Positions 38,541 through 47,315 of a DNA stretch of 64,000 bases are shown here, in pieces (position 1 is the stretch's first letter; each line of letters begins with the position of its first letter). The translations under genes and the position numbers were made by a program. Below the pieces are notes generated by a model. That model was not told the origin of the DNA. It did not search any database and saw nothing but the letters and a program-made list of their open reading frames with translations. The stretch comes from an uncultured Clostridia bacterium (GTDB taxonomy: Bacteria; Bacillota; Clostridia; Christensenellales; CAG-917), in the NCBI GenBank assembly GCA_947625145.1, contig CANQNC010000001.1:74312-138311 (forward strand). The letters are read 5' to 3'.

Positions 38541-38577
38541 GATCTTCAATGGCGTAATGCTCAATGCGTTTTGGCGT

Positions 38578-39012
38578 TCAACGACCCAAGACGAAATCCA
38601 CCGAGCAATCCAGCGCGTCCGCGATACGGACAACGCTTTCGAGCGTGGGAGAAGTTTTGTTTTGCATCCAATATCTCATTGCGGATTCCGCGATCCCCGT
38701 GAGCTGTTGCAGGCGATATCTTGAAATGTGGAAATATTCCAAAAGTTCGGGCAGGCGCTCGCAAAACGGAGGGCAGGGCAGGAAAGAGCGTTGGCATTCC
38801 GCGTCCTCCAATCCGAGCAGACAGTCCACCGAACATTCGAAAAAGTCCGCGATGCGCACCGCGATATCCACGGACGGCAGGCATCTGCCGCAGATATAGT
38901 GGCTGAGCGTGGATTTGTGCAAGCCGACCGCCTTTGCAAGCTGTTCGTAAGTCACGCCTCTGTCGGCGACCAGATCCTTGAGCGCCGTTGCAAACATGTT
39001 TGTGTTTTTCAT
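38578..39012 (-). CDS. XRE-family regulator with two tandem HTH domains
   Basis: Two HTH_3-like units (YEQLAKAVGLHKSTLSHYICG...IADFFECSVDCLLG and RYRLQQLTGIAESAMRYWMQN...IADALDCSVDFVLG). Confidence 0.85.
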   Translation of the reverse strand: MKNTNMFATALKDLVADRGVTYEQLAKAVGLHKSTLSHYICGRCLPSVDIAVRIADFFECSVDCLLGLEDAECQRSFLPCPPFCERLPELLEYFHISRYRLQQLTGIAESAMRYWMQNKTSPTLESVVRIADALDCSVDFVLGR

Positions 39013-39062
39013 ATGAAGCGTCCCCCCTTACAAAATTATCAGCTAAAACCTAAACATATCTC

Positions 39063-39091
39063 TTGCATGTTTATAATTTAGCGGGTATAAT
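39063..39091 (+). promoter_or_regulatory. Sigma-A-type promoter of the 52-aa ORF
   Basis: TTGCAT, 17-bp spacer, TATAAT. Confidence 0.6.
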
Positions 39092-39115
39092 AATAAAAAA
39101 ACGGAGGATTTGACC

Positions 39116-39274
39116 ATGGAAGAGTTGCTTGTGAAGCTCGGCGAGCTTGTTTCGACCGAAATCGACGAGGTTGAGGACATAAAATATCTTGACCCCGAGA
39201 TGGGATATATGTTTTATATCAACATGAAGGACGGGCGCAAGATCTTGCTGAGCCTTGTGGATTCCGCGCTTTGA
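39116..39274 (+). CDS. Small acidic protein (52 aa), absent from the ORF track, unknown function
   Basis: ACGGAGGA lies 7 nt upstream of the ATG at 39116. Translation: MEELLVKLGELVSTEIDEVEDIKYLDPEMGYMFYINMKDGRKILLSLVDSAL. Divergent from the tandem-HTH gene, with its own promoter. Confidence 0.5.
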   Translation: MEELLVKLGELVSTEIDEVEDIKYLDPEMGYMFYINMKDGRKILLSLVDSAL

Positions 39275-39652
39275 TTCGCGTTTCGGCGTTGCCGTACGCT
39301 TTCGCCGCTTTTAGGTTGCCGCAAGGGCGAAAACCTTCCGCATTTGCGATACAAGCGATCGTACAAATTTGTTTGCATATATCTTTTCGCTTGATTAAAT
39401 ATCCATATCCGTATTTATCGCGCGTATGACGCGCGCTTGTGGACAAGACCTCATTCCGCTGTACAGACAGATTGCGGTTTTCGCGCATGAGGAGCGTTGT
39501 TGTTCCATTTGTCAAACAGACACATAACTTACATTTAGCGCGTATGAAGCGCGCGATATCGTTTTTTCCGTCAAAAACAAACCCAAAACATTTTGCGCGT
39601 ATTAGGCGGGGAGGGGCGTCGGATTTACGGAATATCCGAATGCGGGACAGAT

Positions 39653-39889
39653 TCAGTCCTCGGGCTTCAAAAACAGGACGCCGCGCGTGTGGACGTCCGC
39701 ATAGGAGAAGGTTTTTGTTTCGCCGCTGTCCAATCTGACGGTGAACACGGCGGGGAAAACCGCCGCGACCTCTCCGCGGAAGATCGCGCTTTTGCCACGT
39801 CCGCTGTTGACTTTGATGAGGACTGGGATCCCCAAGAGTTTTTTTACGCGCTCTTTTGCGCCGTTCAGGTTTTGGCCGATTTCTCTCAT
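39653..39889 (-). CDS. veg: Veg (biofilm/sporulation-associated small DNA-binding protein, DUF1021)
   Basis: 78 aa. ...LGIPVLIKVNSGRGKSAIFRGEVAAVFPAVFTVRLDSGETKTFSYADV... parallels B. subtilis Veg along its whole length. Confidence 0.85.
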   Translation of the reverse strand: MREIGQNLNGAKERVKKLLGIPVLIKVNSGRGKSAIFRGEVAAVFPAVFTVRLDSGETKTFSYADVHTRGVLFLKPED

Positions 39890-39996
39890 GACGGGATTAT
39901 GTCCAAAGCGAGGCGATCTTAATCGTCCGCGCTTGCAAAACGGGCATGCATATTTGGCGGGGACATGCCATATACTTTGGCGATATGGAGGAGCGT

Positions 39997-41487
39997 ATGT
40001 TTGATTTTGACAAGTTGAGCGCAAGCAAATTTTATACTGCGCCGCCCGCGCAGAGAGTGGTGGAATTTTCCCCTCCGGGCATTGACGTCGACAACATTTT
40101 GAAGGTGCTGTCTCTCGCCGTGGACGCAAGATGCGTGTCCGTGGACGCCATGGACGGCTTTGCGCAGGTGAGTGGCAGGACAAATTTCCGCCTCACCTAT
40201 CTGGACAAAGAGGGCGTGGCGAGAGGCGTGGACTACAACGCTGATTTCTCTATCAAAGCGGAGGGCGATTTTTCGGCGGCAGACAGCGTAAGCGCGACGA
40301 TAAAGGTCGTGGAGACGGACGTGGAAGTCGCGGGCGCGCTAAAGCTGTCCGCGGTGCTTGAGGTGGAGGCGTGCGCCGTCCGCCGCGAGGAGTTCGAAGC
40401 GCTTGTCCGCGCGGACGATTGCTATAAGACGGAAAAGGAAATGTACATTCCGTCTTTCATTGCGGCAAAGACGACGTCCGCGCCGTTTGAAGAGGAGCAA
40501 GAGGTTGGAGGCGAGGTGTCCTCGGTGCTTGGGCTGAACACGGTTTGCGTTGTCAAAAAGGCGGTCGCCACGGACGGCGGAGTGAACGCGTCGATAGGCG
40601 TTTTCGCGACGGTGACCTACGTCGAGGGCGGCGAGATCAAACAGCGCGACTTTGCGGTGGAGCTTGAAGAGGAGCTGAACGTGGACGGCGCGGAAGCGTC
40701 CGACACAGTGGACATACAGGCTTCCGTCAAAAACGCCAAGATCGTGCTTCAAGGCGTGACGGACGACAATGTGATAAAGATAGAAGGAGAGGTCGCGCTG
40801 AAAGTTCAGGTGTTCAGATGCGCGAAAGTGGGCGTGATAGAGGACCTGTTCACCCTCCGCAACGAGGTGGAGATCACTCGCGCCACCGCGCCTTACGTGT
40901 GCTTTGACGGCTGCGGCTATTTTTCCAAACGTATCGAGGGCGTGGCTATGCTCGGCGACAACCGCGCCGCGGCGCTTGACATCAACGCTCTGCCGTATGC
41001 GCGCTGCTATACGTCAAAGGCGTACGTGGACGACGGCGGCAAACTTGTCGTGGAGGGCGTTGTCAACACGGATATCATCTATTCGGACGAAAACGGCTAC
41101 AACTCCGTGCGCACCGAGATCCCCTTCTCCCTCGAGAAAGAAAGCGAAAAGCCCTTCTCGCAGATCGTCAAGGTGAAGTGCGGAGTTGAAAAGATATCCG
41201 CTTCCGTCAAAAGAGAGCGCGAGCTCGAGCTGGACATAAGGCTGGGGATAGAGGCGTGCGGATTCAGCCCCGTCACCCTCAGCTATATCAGCGCGGTGGA
41301 GGTGGGCGAGGAAAAGCCGCAAAACACATCGGGCGTATCCCTCTATATCGCAAAGGGCGAGGACACCCTTCTCGACCTGTGCAAGGCGCTCACCGCCATG
41401 CCCGAGGACATCCTCGCGCAAAATCCCGCGCTCACGTTCCCGCTTGAAGCGGGCGTAAGAGTGGTGTATTTCCGCGCCGCTTCCTAG
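39997..41487 (+). CDS. SipL-like sporulation protein (repeated DUF3794/SPOCS-type beta domains with a C-terminal LysM-like domain)
   Basis: 496 aa. Repeated V..V.v.G-type beta segments. The C-terminal SLYIAKGEDTLLDLCKALTAMPEDILAQNPALTFPLEAGVRVVYF fits the LysM pattern. GGAGG lies upstream of the ATG at 39997. The neighbourhood with veg fits. Confidence 0.55.
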   Translation: MFDFDKLSASKFYTAPPAQRVVEFSPPGIDVDNILKVLSLAVDARCVSVDAMDGFAQVSGRTNFRLTYLDKEGVARGVDYNADFSIKAEGDFSAADSVSATIKVVETDVEVAGALKLSAVLEVEACAVRREEFEALVRADDCYKTEKEMYIPSFIAAKTTSAPFEEEQEVGGEVSSVLGLNTVCVVKKAVATDGGVNASIGVFATVTYVEGGEIKQRDFAVELEEELNVDGAEASDTVDIQASVKNAKIVLQGVTDDNVIKIEGEVALKVQVFRCAKVGVIEDLFTLRNEVEITRATAPYVCFDGCGYFSKRIEGVAMLGDNRAAALDINALPYARCYTSKAYVDDGGKLVVEGVVNTDIIYSDENGYNSVRTEIPFSLEKESEKPFSQIVKVKCGVEKISASVKRERELELDIRLGIEACGFSPVTLSYISAVEVGEEKPQNTSGVSLYIAKGEDTLLDLCKALTAMPEDILAQNPALTFPLEAGVRVVYFRAAS

Positions 41488-41714
41488 CGCTATTGCCCGC
41501 GGCGGTCCGCCGCGGGCTTTCATCAAATCGCAAAAATCGCCGTACTCTGCGCATAAAGCGCGTTTTGGCGCCGAAAACGGCGTTTTACGGCGAATTTTTG
41601 CTGGTTTTTTGCGAGCGCGGGCAAAATGGAATTGACATAAAAATCAATTGGTATTATTATACAAATATACAAATCTACCTTATCAGGCGCGCTCGCGCAC
41701 GACGGAGAGCACAT

Positions 41715-43880
41715 ATGGACGACAGGCTTCTGGAGCCGGTGAAGGGGTATAACGAATATTACAGAACGCAATTCAGCGACAATGCGACCGCGTATTTCAA
41801 CGAGCTTGTTGAGAAGTCGGGCATAGAAGTCGAGCAAAACAGGAACACAGTCAAAAAGTACAAAGCGGAGCTTGCCACGGTGGAAAAGCTCACCCGCAAA
41901 GTCAATTCGCAAAAGGCGTTGAAGGGCTTTTTGATCTTCCTTGCGGTCGCGGGCTTCCTCGCGTTTGTGATAGGCATTGCCGCTTTGGTTTACGGCTATT
42001 ATCTCGCGGGCGGGATATTGCTCGGCGTCGGGCTTGCGCTTGGCGTGTCCATGACTGTGGTGATCTGCGTATGCGTCAATCCGCGCATCAAGGACTCCGA
42101 GGCGGAAAGAGCCAAGCATCAACAAAAAGCGGACGAGCTTTTGAAGGAAGCGTGGCGGCAAATGGCGCCTCTCAACGCACTTTACGACAGCGATATCACA
42201 AGGCGGCTTATCGAAAAGACTGTGCCGCTGTTGAAGATAGACCGCAATTTCGGCATGCGCCGCTACGACTATTTGAGCGGCAAATACGGCTTTGGCGAAA
42301 ACAGGGCGAACAACCGCTCCACGATCGGCATACTGACGGGCGAGATACTCGGCAATCCCTTTGTCGTGGACAGGGAGATCGTCCGCGTGATCGGGACGTG
42401 TACGTATACGGGCAGTTTGGTCATACATTGGACGACGACATCTGTGGACAGCGACGGAAACGTCTACACGCAGCATCACACCCAAACGCTGACCGCGACA
42501 GTGACCAAACCCAAGCCCTATTATCATCAAGAGACCCGCTTGATCTACGGCAACGAGGCGGCAAGTCAACTTCACTTCACGCACGAGCCATCTCATGCCG
42601 AGCGCAAATCCGAGGACGCGCTTGAAAAGCATGTGAAAAAGGGGACGAAAAAACTGCGCCGCTTGCAGGAAGAGAAACTCAAAAAAGGCGAAAACTTCAC
42701 CGAGATGGGCAACAACGAATTCGACGTCCTCTTCGGCGCGTTGGACAGGGACAACGAGGTGGAATTCAGATTGCTCTTCACCCCTCTTGCGCAAAAGAAT
42801 ATGCTTGCCCTCATGAAGGACAAGGAAAACTACGGCGACGATTTCAGAATGATCAAGAGCGGCTGTTTGAACTTCATTTCGTCCGAACACTCCGCGCGTT
42901 GGGATATGGACACAAACTATAGGCGCTATATCAAATACGACGTGGACGAGGCGAGGGCGACCTTTGTCGGCTTCAACGCCGCGTACTTCAGGTCCCTGTA
43001 TTTCGACTTCGCGCCCCTGCTGTCCATTCCGCTGTATCAACAACACAAACCCGCCGAGTACATTTACAAGCACGACTATGAGAGGAACTATACGTCCTAT
43101 GAGGCGGAATACGCCGCAAACGCGGTGGGCGAGGCGGCGTTCAAGCATCATCTTTCCGCAACGCAAGCGATCCTCAAAACCTCGCTCGTTTCAAAGGACG
43201 GCGCGTCCGATCACGTCGCCGTCACCGCACATTCGTACAGGATAGAGCCCAGAGTGGACTTCGTCCCCGTGCTGGGCGGAGACGGAGATATCCACAGCGT
43301 GCCCGTGCCGTGGGACGAATATATCCCCATTTCAAACGTGCGTACAGTCAAGATCAAGGAACTCGACGTGGACGACAGAGAGCTTGAAAGGCGCATGGCG
43401 GCGGGGACTCTTGCCGCGGTGATCGCCGCGTACGGCACTCGCGCGTATGCGCACGGCTTGCTGTGCTGTTTGGTCGGGGCGGACGACACGTCCTTCGACT
43501 CCAAGATCACAGACGCTTTCAACCCGCCAAAGACGGCGCCTATGCCTACGGGAGGCGGAACGGGCAAAGGGACCCCCGCAAAGACGGAGGGGAAGGCGGA
43601 ACCCGCCGCGCACGAGGAGGTGCAAGAAGGCGAGGCTCAAGCCGAGGACAAGGGCGCCGCGGAAACTCCAAACGCGGAGAGCGCGGATAGGGAAACTCCT
43701 GTCGCGGAGCAAGCGCATGAAGCGGAGCCTCAACAAGAGGACGCAAGCGAGGGAAGCCAAGCCACGCAAAACGCGCCCGAAGAGGCTCAGCCAGACGAGG
43801 CGGCGCAAAGCGTAGACGATGTCGTCTTGCAAGAGACAGACGAAACGCCTCTCGAGCCCGTAGACCCTGAGGGGGAATAA
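41715..43880 (+). CDS. Large membrane protein of unknown function (N-terminal coiled coil, 2-3 TM, ~480-aa globular region, acidic low-complexity tail)
   Basis: TM block FLIFLAVAGFLAFVIGIAALVYGYYLAGGILLGVGLALGVSMTVVICVCV. Start at MDDRLLEP (41715). Lies 53 nt upstream of lemA. Confidence 0.7.
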   Translation: MDDRLLEPVKGYNEYYRTQFSDNATAYFNELVEKSGIEVEQNRNTVKKYKAELATVEKLTRKVNSQKALKGFLIFLAVAGFLAFVIGIAALVYGYYLAGGILLGVGLALGVSMTVVICVCVNPRIKDSEAERAKHQQKADELLKEAWRQMAPLNALYDSDITRRLIEKTVPLLKIDRNFGMRRYDYLSGKYGFGENRANNRSTIGILTGEILGNPFVVDREIVRVIGTCTYTGSLVIHWTTTSVDSDGNVYTQHHTQTLTATVTKPKPYYHQETRLIYGNEAASQLHFTHEPSHAERKSEDALEKHVKKGTKKLRRLQEEKLKKGENFTEMGNNEFDVLFGALDRDNEVEFRLLFTPLAQKNMLALMKDKENYGDDFRMIKSGCLNFISSEHSARWDMDTNYRRYIKYDVDEARATFVGFNAAYFRSLYFDFAPLLSIPLYQQHKPAEYIYKHDYERNYTSYEAEYAANAVGEAAFKHHLSATQAILKTSLVSKDGASDHVAVTAHSYRIEPRVDFVPVLGGDGDIHSVPVPWDEYIPISNVRTVKIKELDVDDRELERRMAAGTLAAVIAAYGTRAYAHGLLCCLVGADDTSFDSKITDAFNPPKTAPMPTGGGTGKGTPAKTEGKAEPAAHEEVQEGEAQAEDKGAAETPNAESADRETPVAEQAHEAEPQQEDASEGSQATQNAPEEAQPDEAAQSVDDVVLQETDETPLEPVDPEGE

Positions 43881-43933
43881 GACCGAAATATCGCCGAAAG
43901 GCGAGAAATAGAAATCCATTGGAGGTATAAATT

Positions 43934-44605
43934 ATGGCAAACGAATTGGATGAACTGCATGGCCCTGTTATGGACGAGGGCAACGACACAAAGGTCATCG
44001 CAAAAAGGCTGGAGGTCAAAATCGGCGTAGGGTCGAAGATATTCGACGTGATGTGGTGGTTCCTGCCTCCCATCATCGGCGGGATCGTATGGTCCGTGAT
44101 GAAGGTCAAGGCGAAAAACTATTTCCAACAGCTTCAGCAAAAACTGCAACACGACGCGTCGCAGATCGACAACATCCTCGAGCAGAGAGTGCAGATCTTG
44201 AAAAACTGCGCTAAGCTCGTGGAAAAGGCTGTAGAGCTTGACAAGGAGACCTTCACAAAGATCGCGGCTCTTCGTTCGGGCGGAAACGCGGACGACGACG
44301 AGGCGAGGATAGAGTGCGAGGAAGGGTTGGAAAAACTCGGACGCGCGATCAACATCGCCTTTGAAAACTATCCCGAACTCAGAGCGCATCAGGAGATCGA
44401 GGACGCCATGCAACAAAACTCCTATCTGCAAAGGGAGATCACGGCGGCAAGAGAGGTCTACAACGACACCGTAAACACGTGGAACAGAGAGATATTCCAT
44501 TGGCCCACAAAGCAGATCGTCGCGGCAAAGGCGGGATACACCACACGTATTCCCTTCATTGCGGACAGAGAGACCAAGGAAGCGGCAAGGGGAGACTTCT
44601 TCTAA
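43934..44605 (+). CDS. lemA: LemA-family protein
   Basis: One TM helix, then the LemA helical domain (NYPELRAHQEIEDAMQQNSYLQREITAAREVYNDTVNTWNREIFHWPTKQIVA). Confidence 0.85.
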   Translation: MANELDELHGPVMDEGNDTKVIAKRLEVKIGVGSKIFDVMWWFLPPIIGGIVWSVMKVKAKNYFQQLQQKLQHDASQIDNILEQRVQILKNCAKLVEKAVELDKETFTKIAALRSGGNADDDEARIECEEGLEKLGRAINIAFENYPELRAHQEIEDAMQQNSYLQREITAAREVYNDTVNTWNREIFHWPTKQIVAAKAGYTTRIPFIADRETKEAARGDFF

Positions 44606-44641
44606 GCCGCGCAAAGGCAAGGACATTGCCGCAAAGCAAGC

Positions 44642-44669
44642 AAAAAGGATACGGCGACGTATCCTTTTT
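44642..44669. terminator. Bidirectional rho-independent terminator between lemA and copZ
   Basis: AAAAA-GGATACG-GCGA-CGTATCC-TTTTT. Confidence 0.8.
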
Positions 44670-44755
44670 CATGTCCCGCTCGCCTGCTCTTTTCGGTTGT
44701 AGGTCGAGAGCAAAGCGCAAGCGGGGCGGGAGAGTGCGTACGGGGAAGGCTTGCT

Positions 44756-45019
44756 TCAGGCTTTCTTTTTGAAACGTCCGAACAGGCCCTTCTTTTCGTA
44801 TGGTTCTTCGCTGAACGAGGAGACGGCGTAGCCGTCCGCCTCTATCGCGCCTTTCAGCAGCGCCGCGTCCACACTGTCGTCGCAGACCACAACGGTCTCG
44901 CCGTCCGCGTGGGAGGAGGAAACGCTCTTGACGTTTGCCGCCTTGCGCACCGCGTCGTTGACATGCGCTTCGCACATGCCGCACATCATGCCGTCCACTT
45001 TGAAAACGATTTGTTTCAT
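44756..45019 (-). CDS. copZ: Copper chaperone CopZ-like HMA-domain protein
   Basis: GMMCGMCEAHV metal-binding motif, 87 aa, directly downstream of copA. Confidence 0.85.
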   Translation of the reverse strand: MKQIVFKVDGMMCGMCEAHVNDAVRKAANVKSVSSSHADGETVVVCDDSVDAALLKGAIEADGYAVSSFSEEPYEKKGLFGRFKKKA

Positions 45020-45035
45020 ATTTCACCTCAAAAAA

Positions 45036-47315
45036 TTATTTTTTCTTTCCTTGCGAAACCTTGAACAGGTTTATTGTCAGCGCGCCCAGCACCACGGACA
45101 CGCTTGAAACGCTCATTGCCAGCGCGCCTATCATAGGGTTGATCTTGATCGCGGGGTCGATGTACGAAAACGCGCCCGTCGCGATCACGACGCAAATGCA
45201 GTTGTAGAAAAACGCCCAAAACAGGCAGAGCTTGATGGTGTTCAGCACGCGCTTGCTCAGCGCGATCACGTTTGCTACGTCCGTCAAACTCTTGCGCAAC
45301 AGCACGATATCTCCCGTCTCCAAGGCGATGTCGCTGCCCCCTCCGATTGCAATGCCTATGTCGGCGGCGGCAAGTGCGGGAGCGTCGTTCACTCCGTCCC
45401 CTACCATCGCAACAAGGGCTTTATCCCCCGTTTTCAGCTCGTTTATCACGCGTTGTTTGTCGGTTGGCAACACTTCGGCGATCACTTCGTCCACGCCGAC
45501 TTCGCTTGCGATAGCCTCCGCCGTGGCGCGATTGTCTCCCGTCAGCATGACCACCTTGACGCCCTTCGCTTTAAGCATGGCGACAGCCTCGGCGGAATCC
45601 TTTTTCACCTCGTCCTTGACCGCGAGCACGCCCGCCGCGATTCCGTCCTTGACGATCAGCAGGGGAGTTTTGCCCTCCGCCGCGAAGCCGTCCATAAGGG
45701 GCGCCGCCTCTTTGACGTCCACTCCCCGTTGCTCCGCCGCGCGCAGATTGCCTATAAAAAAGCGATTGCCGTCGATCTCTCCCTCTATGCCGCTTCCCGC
45801 GCTCGAAGCATAGCCCACGACCTCTTTTTGTTTCGCGCCGTTCTGTTCGCCGTACTCGGCGACGGCAAGCGCAAGAGGATGTTCGGACAGCTTTTCCAAA
45901 GAGTACGCGGCGTCGAGGACGTCTCCGTCCGTCAGCTGTTTGAAGTCCACGACCTTAGGCTTGCCTTCGGTGATAGTGCCCGTCTTGTCCAGCACGACTG
46001 TTTTTATCAGATGCGCCTTTTCCAAGATCTCCGCATTTTTTATCAGCAATCCGTTTTGCGCGCCTTTCCCCGTGCCCACCATGATGGCGACGGGCGTTGC
46101 CAACCCAAGCGCGCAGGGGCAGGCGATGACGATCACCGTGATCGCAAAGTTGAGGGATTGCTCGAAGCCCGCGCCCGCAAGCATGTTCGCGGCAAACGTG
46201 ATCAGCGCGATCGCGAGGATGATGGGCACAAACACGCCGGATATCTTGTCCGCGAGCTTTGAGATGGGCGCCTTTGAATTGCTCGCCTCGTCCACAAGTT
46301 TTATTATGTTGGCATAGGACGTGTCCTCTCCCACCTTGCTTGCCCTCAAGGTCAGATATCCCGCCGTGAGGACAGTGGAGGAATAAACCTCGTCCCCCTC
46401 CGACTTGTACACGGGCATGGATTCCCCCGTTATGTTGGACTGATCGAGGGAGCCTCCGCCCGAAAGCACCACTCCGTCCACGGGCACAAGCCCGCCCGCT
46501 TTGACGATCACGACGTCTCCGACTTGCACGTCCTGCGCGGGGATCTCCAGCTCCTCTTCCTCCCTCAGCACGATCGCGGTCTTTGGAGCGAGGTCCATCA
46601 GTTTTTCGATGGCGGCGGTGGTCTTGCGCTTGGACAGCCCCTCGAGATATTTGCCGAGGCTGACGAGCGTCAGGATCATTCCCGCGGATTCGAAATAAAG
46701 ATTTTCATGATACGTCATCAAAACTCCGCGCCAATGCTCCGCGTCCACGCCCGCCGAGATCTCGGCTTGCGCATACGACAGCATAAACAGCGAAAACACG
46801 CCGTAGAGCACGGAAAAACTCGCGCCTATGGCGATAAGGGAGTCCATGTTCGGCTTCCCGCGGAACAGTTTGGAAAATCCCGACGTGAAATATTTGCCGT
46901 ACATGACGAGTATGGGGGAGACGAGCGCGAGTTGTATAAGCGCAAACCCCACGGGATTTGCCTCGTGATCGAAAACGCGCGGGGCGGGGAATCCCCACAT
47001 CATGTTGCCCATGGAAAAGTACATCAGCACGAGCAACAGCCCGACGCTTACAAGCAGCTTTGCAAGAGGCGCTTTGTTTGAGCTTTCCTCTTTTCGGGCG
47101 GGGCGTTCGTCTATGGCGCGCGCCTTGTATCCCGCCTTTTTCACCGCCTTTTCAATGTCCGCCACGCCGAGCGGAGCGTCGAACTCCACATCCATACTGT
47201 TTGTCAGCAGGTTGACGGAAACCGATCTTACGCCGTCCAGCGTCTCGACCGCCTTTTGAACATGCGCCTGACAGGAAGCGCACATCATGCCCTCAACCGC
47301 AAAACGTTTTTTCAT
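45036..47315 (-). CDS. copA: Copper-translocating P1B-type ATPase CopA
   Basis: One N-terminal HMA domain (GMMCASC), CPC in TM6, DKTGT, GDGVNDAP. The ATG overlaps the csoR TGA (ATGA). Confidence 0.95.
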   Translation of the reverse strand: MKKRFAVEGMMCASCQAHVQKAVETLDGVRSVSVNLLTNSMDVEFDAPLGVADIEKAVKKAGYKARAIDERPARKEESSNKAPLAKLLVSVGLLLVLMYFSMGNMMWGFPAPRVFDHEANPVGFALIQLALVSPILVMYGKYFTSGFSKLFRGKPNMDSLIAIGASFSVLYGVFSLFMLSYAQAEISAGVDAEHWRGVLMTYHENLYFESAGMILTLVSLGKYLEGLSKRKTTAAIEKLMDLAPKTAIVLREEEELEIPAQDVQVGDVVIVKAGGLVPVDGVVLSGGGSLDQSNITGESMPVYKSEGDEVYSSTVLTAGYLTLRASKVGEDTSYANIIKLVDEASNSKAPISKLADKISGVFVPIILAIALITFAANMLAGAGFEQSLNFAITVIVIACPCALGLATPVAIMVGTGKGAQNGLLIKNAEILEKAHLIKTVVLDKTGTITEGKPKVVDFKQLTDGDVLDAAYSLEKLSEHPLALAVAEYGEQNGAKQKEVVGYASSAGSGIEGEIDGNRFFIGNLRAAEQRGVDVKEAAPLMDGFAAEGKTPLLIVKDGIAAGVLAVKDEVKKDSAEAVAMLKAKGVKVVMLTGDNRATAEAIASEVGVDEVIAEVLPTDKQRVINELKTGDKALVAMVGDGVNDAPALAAADIGIAIGGGSDIALETGDIVLLRKSLTDVANVIALSKRVLNTIKLCLFWAFFYNCICVVIATGAFSYIDPAIKINPMIGALAMSVSSVSVVLGALTINLFKVSQGKKK

